Made by a program: the position numbers and the translations under genes
Origin: Patescibacteria group bacterium
GTDB taxonomy: Bacteria; Patescibacteriota; Minisyncoccia; Phycocordibacterales; Phycocordibacteraceae
Assembly (NCBI GenBank): GCA_019752595.1
Contig: JAIELV010000001.1
Coordinates: forward strand, 120,486-184,485
Length of the DNA stretch: 64,000 nt
Direction of reading: 5' to 3'
Notes under the pieces: model-generated
The model's database searches: none
What the model was told of the DNA's origin: nothing
Seen by the model: only the letters and a program-made list of their open reading frames with translations
In this document: positions 57,552 to 64,000 of the stretch, piece after piece
Layout of the letters: the number at the start of each line of letters is the position of its first letter
Position numbering within the stretch: position 1 is the stretch's first letter

Positions 57552-58268
57552 ATGGATAAAAAATACAGAATCATCAATCCTCCGAATGAGCACCGCATGG
57601 AAGGCGAGCTTCGCGTCTGTGATCCTGAAAAAACAGACCACACCAAAGACATCGAATCGTGGCGGATTTTCAAGATAATGGCGGAATTTGTTGAAGGCTT
57701 TGAAGTCCTCCGCAAGTACAGTTTGGCAGCCACCTTCTTCGGCTCTGCCCGCACGAAGCCCGACGACCAAATCTACAAAGACGCAGTGGAACTCTCAGCA
57801 AAGCTCGCCAAATCAGGCTTTGCTATTGTTTCAGGCGGAGCATCGGGCGTCATGGAGGCGGTTTCAAAAGGCGCGTTTGAGGCAGGTGGGCAATCCGTAG
57901 GCCTCAACATCCAGCTTCCGATGGAACAGCAAATAAACCCGTACCTCACCAAAGGGATGACCTTCAACTACTTCTTCACCCGTAAAGTTATGCTCTCGTT
58001 TGCTTCAGAGGTTTACATCTTCTTCCCAGGCGGGTACGGCACTTTGGACGAGTGTTTGGAGATACTAACCCTGGTTCAGACCAGGAAGATTAAGCGAGTA
58101 CCTATCATTCTCTACAACAAAGACTTCTGGGGCCCATTTATAGACCTTTTTGAGAAGCACCTCTTAGAGAAGTATCAAACAATAGGGAAGGACGACCTCA
58201 AGCTCTTCCAGGTAGTGGACTCCGTAGACGAGGCGTACGACGTAATCCTGGAAAGCGTCAACTGCTAA
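57552..58268 (+). CDS. LOG family (TIGR00730) Rossmann-fold protein
   Basis: FFGSAR, GG..G.MEA, FFTRK, PGGYGTLDE. Confidence 0.92.
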   Translation: MDKKYRIINPPNEHRMEGELRVCDPEKTDHTKDIESWRIFKIMAEFVEGFEVLRKYSLAATFFGSARTKPDDQIYKDAVELSAKLAKSGFAIVSGGASGVMEAVSKGAFEAGGQSVGLNIQLPMEQQINPYLTKGMTFNYFFTRKVMLSFASEVYIFFPGGYGTLDECLEILTLVQTRKIKRVPIILYNKDFWGPFIDLFEKHLLEKYQTIGKDDLKLFQVVDSVDEAYDVILESVNC

Positions 58269-58462
58269 TCCGAGGGCTCAAAAACCAGTTTTTATCGTTT
58301 TTGCCTTTAAGCATTTTATGGCTCTACAGAGCCATACAACTGCAAATTTAGCGGTGTAAAGGATTGACAAAGTGCAATCCAACTGCTATGCTACTTACGT
58401 AGCTGGCTTTTGGGCCGGCTTTTTTGTTGCCCGAACAATGTCGGGCAATTGCATTAAAGCTT

Positions 58463-58852
58463 ATGATAATTCCGCTTATCTTTATCCTCGCGAGCGCATT
58501 CAGTGCCCCGCAGGATATATCCGCCTTGCAGACTGAGGACATAAAAAATCCTGAGACCCTCGGGGCGTACGTTCGGGAGTATTACAAAGAAACTCCAGTT
58601 CTCGCAAACATTGCTTGGTGCGAATCCCGCATGAGGCACGTAGGCAAGGACGGGGAAATATTCCGCGGCGTAGTGAATGACAAAGACATTGGCGTGATGC
58701 AGATCAATACCCGCTTCCACGAAGCAACCGCAACGGACATGGGTATCGACCTCTACTCGCTTCAGGGAAACCTTGAGTACGCAAAGTACCTCTATGAAAA
58801 AGAAGGTACCAAGCCCTGGAAGGCATCCAAGTCGTGCTGGGGAAACAAATAA
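58463..58852 (+). CDS. Lytic transglycosylase / lysozyme-like secreted protein
   Basis: IAWCES, DIGVMQIN, N..YA..LY...G..PW. Confidence 0.82.
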   Translation: MIIPLIFILASAFSAPQDISALQTEDIKNPETLGAYVREYYKETPVLANIAWCESRMRHVGKDGEIFRGVVNDKDIGVMQINTRFHEATATDMGIDLYSLQGNLEYAKYLYEKEGTKPWKASKSCWGNK

Positions 58853-58944
58853 TTCTCGCATTTTAAAAACCCCGCCTGCTCAACGCAGGCGGGGTTTTTC
58901 TATGGTGTTTTTGCGACTTAGGCGTATACTTCCTGGGTAAAAAT

Positions 58945-59310
58945 ATGGCACGCAGCATTCCAGGGTTTGGAGAGGAAGTACGATTTTCTAATAAAATTTT
59001 GCCCGCTTTCCTTCAGGGACTACGTGGCAAGCGTGTTGCAAAAACAGCCGAAGTTGTTGTACCAAAAGCAGTGCGCCATGAAGTGCGCGACATGGAAGAA
59101 TTTGAGGCAAAAGAAGAAATGATTTTGGCACGTCTCAAGGCAGAGCTAGGGGGTCAGACTCCCGTTTTGGACTATAGTGCCCCGCATCAGCAACACTACG
59201 TAGTTTTGGTGGAAAACGGTAGAGAAAATCGTTCGCGTGTTTTGTCACAAACGACAATTGCGTATGGGTATGCCAAAGACAGTGGCGCACCAGGAACTCT
59301 AGGAAAATAA
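58945..59310 (+). CDS. Hypothetical protein
   Basis: ORF with -10 box and terminator. Confidence 0.55.
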   Translation: MARSIPGFGEEVRFSNKILPAFLQGLRGKRVAKTAEVVVPKAVRHEVRDMEEFEAKEEMILARLKAELGGQTPVLDYSAPHQQHYVVLVENGRENRSRVLSQTTIAYGYAKDSGAPGTLGK

Positions 59311-59358
59311 AAAAGCCCCGACGTGGGGCTTTTTTGTTAGAAAGTGCAGGATTAAGAG

Positions 59359-59766
59359 TTACGCTTTTTTCTGCATCATTTCGTCTAAGGAATATTTTCC
59401 TGGGCCGTAGGCGGCAAGGAGAAGCATGCCACCCATGATGGACAGGTTCTTGAGGAACATCGTCATCTGCATTGGGTCGAGGAAATTGGTGTGGAAGTAG
59501 TAGGTCACTGGAATTAGGAACACAAAGAGCGCGAGTGCTGCCAGTTTTGTTTTCCAGCCGAGTGCAATCATCAGTCCGCCTCCAAGCTCTAGGACAATAG
59601 CAACAATGATAGCGAGGTCAGGGAAGGGAACACCGTTTGCCTCTGCGAAATCACTCATGACGGCAAAGCTCGAAATCTTTGCAAAACCAAGGATGATAAA
59701 TATAGCCGCAAGGAATATACGTCCCAAAAGTGAGAGCCAGGGGCCTTTCGTTGTCATATCCATCAT
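59359..59766 (-). CDS. DoxX family membrane protein
   Basis: LLGRIFLA.IF; ELGGG; FLKNL.I.GG; GPG.YSLD. Confidence 0.92.
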   Translation of the reverse strand: MMDMTTKGPWLSLLGRIFLAAIFIILGFAKISSFAVMSDFAEANGVPFPDLAIIVAIVLELGGGLMIALGWKTKLAALALFVFLIPVTYYFHTNFLDPMQMTMFLKNLSIMGGMLLLAAYGPGKYSLDEMMQKKA

Positions 59767-59895
59767 AAAAATCTTTATGTAATTAACTTACTAGGCTTTG
59801 TAACCTAAGCATTATACCGAACGGATAGGGCTTTTGTGGTCGATAAAATGCTATTTGACAAAAAGAATATAATGTAGTATTATACTAAAAAATAT

Positions 59896-61041
59896 ATGGC
59901 TGAAGGATCTGTAGTAGAACATCCGATGATGGCAGAGGGCGCAACGCCAGAAGCTTTGGCAGAAGCAGAGCGTAGAGAAAAGGCGCGCCGAGAAATGGTG
60001 GCTCGCGTTGACGCGTCTGTAGTTGTAGTGCGTTCATGGAACACAATTGTCGAAAAAGACCCTGAAGATTTGGATGGTCCACCGCAGAAAGTCAAACTGC
60101 CAGAAAGTAGAGGCAGTGCGTTTTTCGTGCGTCCCGACGGTTATCTGATGACCAACAAGCACTGTACGCAAGGCGAAACAATAACTGTTCTTTTTTCTTC
60201 AGGTAAAGAGGTTAATGCGCGCGTTGTCTATAAAGACAGACACCGAGACATCGCGATCCTAAAAGTTGATGGTATTGAAACCACGCCGCTGCCTTTGGCA
60301 GATTCAGACGAGCTACATCGCCTTGATCCTTTGTGGTTGATTGGTGCACCAGCAGGTATGGAGGGTAATACCGTCGCAGGAGTGGTATCTAATCTCCCGT
60401 CTTCGATTGGAGACAGAACTCCTTTACAGATCGAAGACTTTGCACAATTTTTACACGAAGCTCAGCAAAACCCGCACGATACAAGTAAACATTTTGATGG
60501 TTTTATACGCACTGATGCAGACATGCATGGTGGAAATTCAGGTGGCCCCATGCTGAACTACAGAGGAGAAGTCATAGGTATTAACGCAATGATACGTCCT
60601 ACTGAAGGCGGCTCAATTGGTATGGCAATTCCTGTAAACGAAGTAAAGGCGATGATTGAACATCCAGAATTGTTTGCAGAAGTTTCGCAGACAATAGACG
60701 ATGTTGTAGCCGCAAAGGCAGAGTATGATTTGCGCCTCAGTGAAACATTTGACGCAGCACTTACCCTGACACAATTAGTATTTGAACAACTCGCTGATTC
60801 CGAAAAGGGTAAGGCAATCATACAGAAAGTCATGAGTGACCGCGGAATCAGACGTTTGTTCCAAGACATGCTTCGCCATCCTGCTACGAAGCGCGAGGTA
60901 TATGCAAAGAAATTCTTTGATCAGTTTGGGGTTAATCTCTATGAGCCAGGGTTACAAACAGAGACAGAGGTAGACGCTGTTTCAAATATAGATTTTGTTC
61001 CCGATGCTTCTGAAGAAGACAAAGCGCGTGATGCTGCGTAA
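59896..61041 (+). CDS. Trypsin-like serine protease (HtrA-like, no PDZ)
   Basis: GSAF, TNKHC, DIAILK, GNSGGP. Confidence 0.9.
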   Translation: MAEGSVVEHPMMAEGATPEALAEAERREKARREMVARVDASVVVVRSWNTIVEKDPEDLDGPPQKVKLPESRGSAFFVRPDGYLMTNKHCTQGETITVLFSSGKEVNARVVYKDRHRDIAILKVDGIETTPLPLADSDELHRLDPLWLIGAPAGMEGNTVAGVVSNLPSSIGDRTPLQIEDFAQFLHEAQQNPHDTSKHFDGFIRTDADMHGGNSGGPMLNYRGEVIGINAMIRPTEGGSIGMAIPVNEVKAMIEHPELFAEVSQTIDDVVAAKAEYDLRLSETFDAALTLTQLVFEQLADSEKGKAIIQKVMSDRGIRRLFQDMLRHPATKREVYAKKFFDQFGVNLYEPGLQTETEVDAVSNIDFVPDASEEDKARDAA

Positions 61042-61088
61042 ATCTGGTAATTTGACAAATTCATTCTGAAGTAGCATTTTATTCGGAT

Positions 61089-61478
61089 ATGGGAGGATGG
61101 GACAAAACACGAAGACTTGAGAAATTCAGCGGGCTTGCCCGTGCGAAGGGCCCTCTGCCTTTTAGGGCAGTAAAAGCGCCTGAAAGAGTGAGCCAAGCGT
61201 ATGAACGCGGTAGACAAGCACTTGAGAACGCCAATGTTGAAGATGGCTTTGTTGTTGAACTAACGCTCGTATCAAAAGCACCTCAATTCCGAAGAGATGG
61301 AATGAAAATTTCAGGAATCATGCGTATAAAACTTGACCTTGTTTCAGGTGAAATAGCCCAAGCAACGCTCGACGGTCAACAGGTTCATTTTGAAAAAATA
61401 CGAAGTGTACGGGTTTTAGTTGGACGCAAAGAAGCTCCACCGCAAGGCATTGTGGCAACTCAACGGACCGAAAATTAA
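61089..61478 (+). CDS. Hypothetical protein
   Basis: ORF with an upstream TTGACA promoter. Confidence 0.5.
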   Translation: MGGWDKTRRLEKFSGLARAKGPLPFRAVKAPERVSQAYERGRQALENANVEDGFVVELTLVSKAPQFRRDGMKISGIMRIKLDLVSGEIAQATLDGQQVHFEKIRSVRVLVGRKEAPPQGIVATQRTEN

Positions 61479-61484
61479 ACTCTT

Positions 61485-61871
61485 TTAAAGAGAAGTCCTG
61501 ACAGGCTCTATAGATTGAACGCGAGAGGCAATGATCTTGCCTTTCGTGATTTTAAATGTTTCAGAAACGCGTGTGTCTTCCTCGTTTGCTACCGTGCGTA
61601 GGTATTCTAAAAACGCAGCGTCGTCGTCTGCGGTAATTGACGTGGGTTCGTAATGCAGAGTAGGAATGGCCAGGGCATCGGTAAACCACGTGCGGAGCTC
61701 GGCTTTGCCTTTGATAAGGCCCTTTGTTTCTGGTCGGCGTGTCAGCAGGCGTGGGCTAAAGTGCTCGGCTTCTTCCCAGTACAGCGCCAACAAACGCTCC
61801 AAAGCCTTTGTGTTAAAAGCCTCTACCCAGTGACGGGCAATGAATCTGTTTCGCCGTGCCGCTTCAAGCAT
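61485..61871 (-). CDS. SnoaL-like / NTF2 family protein
   Basis: W..AFN...L..LLALY..A.HFSP; GK..LR.W; GKI.ASRV. Confidence 0.85.
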   Translation of the reverse strand: MLEAARRNRFIARHWVEAFNTKALERLLALYWEEAEHFSPRLLTRRPETKGLIKGKAELRTWFTDALAIPTLHYEPTSITADDDAAFLEYLRTVANEEDTRVSETFKITKGKIIASRVQSIEPVRTSL

Positions 61872-62005
61872 TGGTGAATGCTATATCAACCTGAATCTTC
61901 CGCAAGGAGAATGTGTGTTTCTATAAAGCAGAGCTATCTAAGCTCTCTTTACCTAAAGGGTAGGCTACGGTAGCCCTCACAAGCAGGGTGCGTTATAATG
62001 TGTTC

Positions 62006-62137
62006 ATGAAAAGTATGGTTCGCAAAATCAACAAAACACTGCGTCCGAAGGCAGTGCGAACGCAGACTATCAAAAAAGGAGCGCAAGATTTTGCTGTGCG
62101 TTTTGAGAGCGTGATGAAGGATCTGGCAAATGGCTAG
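62006..62137 (+). CDS. Putative Phd-like antitoxin, 43 aa (not in ORF track)
   Basis: MKSMVRKINKTLRPKAVRTQTIKKGAQDFAVRFESVMKDLANG; overlaps the doc start. Confidence 0.65.
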   Translation: MKSMVRKINKTLRPKAVRTQTIKKGAQDFAVRFESVMKDLANG

Positions 62138-62552
62138 TTATTATTTTCCTACACAATCCGATTTTAAGCTCTTCTTTGAGGTTCTCCGCGACGGAGAATA
62201 TAAAATTAAAAAATATCTTCCGTCTATAGATGCGGATTGGTTTCGTATAGTGTCTGATTGCCTCGAATACGTTGAAGGGACAGCCAAGTACGAAGAGTGT
62301 TCTTTTCACGAGCTAGTTGCTCGGTTGCTCTACAAGGTTGTGAAGAGGCACGAACTCGGAGATGGTAATAAAAGGACCTCCGTTATCGTCACGTATCTTT
62401 TCTGTCTCGTAAACGGACATGCGGTGACTTCAGCGAAAGATTTAAAGGCACAAGCGAAACGTGCAGCAAGAAGTAAAGGAAGAGTCCAGGAGGATGCCTT
62501 GAAGAAAAAGATTGCTGAAACCTTAAAGGAGTTTGTAATACCCAGAGAGTAG
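62130..62552 (+). CDS. Doc/Fic family toxin
   Basis: HELGDGNKRTS Fic motif. Confidence 0.85.
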   Translation: MASYYFPTQSDFKLFFEVLRDGEYKIKKYLPSIDADWFRIVSDCLEYVEGTAKYEECSFHELVARLLYKVVKRHELGDGNKRTSVIVTYLFCLVNGHAVTSAKDLKAQAKRAARSKGRVQEDALKKKIAETLKEFVIPRE

Positions 62553-62654
62553 AACAAGGAAGTCAATTATTTGGCATACAGTAAAACCTTTGCCTAAGGC
62601 TTTGATAAACACGTCTAACTTGCGCAAGACAGGGGAGAGGAGTATGGTATTCCC

Positions 62655-62906
62655 ATGTCAGACGTAAGGCCAGAGGGGGGATTAAAGCGACTTCATACAT
62701 TCGAGTTTGGAGGGGTAACCTTTAAACCTGGAGAGCAGGCACGGTTTGTGCTTGATGAAAGGGTGGGTGAAATAGTTTCTATTTTGGAAGAAACAGACGG
62801 AACAGGTAGAACAGAAATAGTGATTACTCTGCTAAATGAAGGCGAAGTCGACGATCAGCCGATTTCTAGTGTTTTGAGGATAGAAAAAACAGACAGAAAG
62901 GATTAA
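62655..62906 (+). CDS. Small SH3-like hypothetical protein
   Basis: FKPGEQARF...GEIVSI. Confidence 0.5.
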   Translation: MSDVRPEGGLKRLHTFEFGGVTFKPGEQARFVLDERVGEIVSILEETDGTGRTEIVITLLNEGEVDDQPISSVLRIEKTDRKD

Positions 62907-62912
62907 AGGTAC

Positions 62913-63089
62913 ATGTCACAAGAGAAACGTAGACGCACAGTTGAGCGTGCAGAGTCCACTTTGGCTGGAGATTGGGGTGATGATGCAGAAAATGTTTCCG
63001 AGTGGGAAATAGACGAGAGCCTTATCGTGAAGCCAGAACCGTATGCTGACCCAGTTATTCAGGCTGAAAAATTGTGGAGAGATGAATAA
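62913..63089 (+). CDS. Small acidic hypothetical protein, 58 aa (not in ORF track)
   Basis: Hand translation MSQEKRRR...AEKLWRDE. Confidence 0.45.
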   Translation: MSQEKRRRTVERAESTLAGDWGDDAENVSEWEIDESLIVKPEPYADPVIQAEKLWRDE

Positions 63090-63253
63090 GTGGATTTAAT
63101 CCTCGCAGCGCACCCCACAACTTGAGCAAGTAATAGTAATAGAGGAGCGCGTCTATTGATGCCGCGCTGTAGGAGAGCGTAAAAGTTAATTTTGTATCCC
63201 CACGAAAAATTCAATTTTTGGTCACCTAGGGCCTACAATGACCAAAAAGGGGT

Positions 63254-64000
63254 ATGAGAGGAAATGTACAGCAGGCAAAAGTTATTGATTTATTTTGTGG
63301 CATAGGAGGACTCACTCATGGCTTTGTCCGCAAAGGGTTTGATGTCGTCGCAGGAATTGATAATGACGGAGGGTGTGAGTATGGGTATAACGCTAATAAT
63401 CAAGGCGCTAAGTTTATAAAAAAGGACATTGCAGACGTCTCTGGGAAGGACCTAAAAAAACTTTACGGAAAAACGAGGATTCGAATTCTTGTAGGATGCG
63501 CGCCGTGTCAGCCGTTTTCAAAATTGAACCTGAATAGGGTTACAAAAAAACAACTTCAGCCGTTGCAAAAGTTTGCACAGTTGATTGAAGAGGTTCAACC
63601 TCACGTTGCCTCAATGGAGAATGTTCGAGGTTTAGTGAAAACAAAAATATTTAAAGAATTTCTGACCACTTTAGATGAAAATGGATATAAATATTCTTAT
63701 AAGATTGTTAATTTTGCAGATTACGGCGTTCCTCAGAATAGAAAGAGACTTGTGCTCTTAGCCTCAAAACTAGGCGACATCGCGTTAATCCCTCCAACTC
63801 ACAAGAATAAGAAAGTGACTGTGAGAGAAGTAATTGGCCATTTGAATGCAATCCAGGCTGGGCAGGTAGATGTGAATGACCCTCTTCACCGCGCTCGAAA
63901 ATTGAGTGAGTTAAACAAGCTGCGAATTCTTGCCACTCCAAAAAATGGCGGCAACTCTAGAAGCTGGAGTAAGGATCTTATGTTGGAGTGTCATCAGAAG
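63254..64000 (+). CDS. dcm: DNA cytosine-5 methyltransferase (3' truncated by window)
   Basis: IDLFCGIGG, GCAPCQPFS, ENV, DYGVPQNRKR. Confidence 0.93.
   Translation, partial: MRGNVQQAKVIDLFCGIGGLTHGFVRKGFDVVAGIDNDGGCEYGYNANNQGAKFIKKDIADVSGKDLKKLYGKTRIRILVGCAPCQPFSKLNLNRVTKKQLQPLQKFAQLIEEVQPHVASMENVRGLVKTKIFKEFLTTLDENGYKYSYKIVNFADYGVPQNRKRLVLLASKLGDIALIPPTHKNKKVTVREVIGHLNAIQAGQVDVNDPLHRARKLSELNKLRILATPKNGGNSRSWSKDLMLECHQK

Overview
Bacterial chromosomal window, most consistent with Patescibacteria/CPR (Parcubacteria-like). The taxonomy is inferred from class I LysRS, a short ProRS, a degenerate PriA, two MreB paralogs, a group I intron in tRNA-Asn and little Shine-Dalgarno use. The backbone is housekeeping: fmt/def/priA/murA, mreB, holB, frr, rseP, proS, mreBCD-mrdA, greA, lysS, mraZ-rsmH-ftsI-murF, rmuC, glmS, rplU, recR, dnaB, corA, ctpA, rplI, rpmA. 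Many small orphan genes sit singly between these, and the window ends with a Doc toxin module and a truncated DNA cytosine methyltransferase. The most notable signals are non-coding or mosaic. (1) Both tRNA genes are bracketed by elements that duplicate their own ends: a shared, covarying 40-nt structured motif in the 5' leader, and 3' hairpins that pair back on the tRNA end. At tRNA-Asn these hairpins separate gene cassettes in an attC-like array. (2) A secreted protein is built from out-of-order T6SS Hcp fragments. (3) Two perfect 36 and 40 bp palindromes share a core. (4) A GIY-YIG gene is exactly bracketed by inverted repeats. (5) A 21-bp promoter palindrome recurs three times. (6) The rplI 5' end is duplicated. 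(7) A T-box has an atypical 5' domain. No integrase, transposase or CRISPR array was seen. All calls are by eye, with no database searches.
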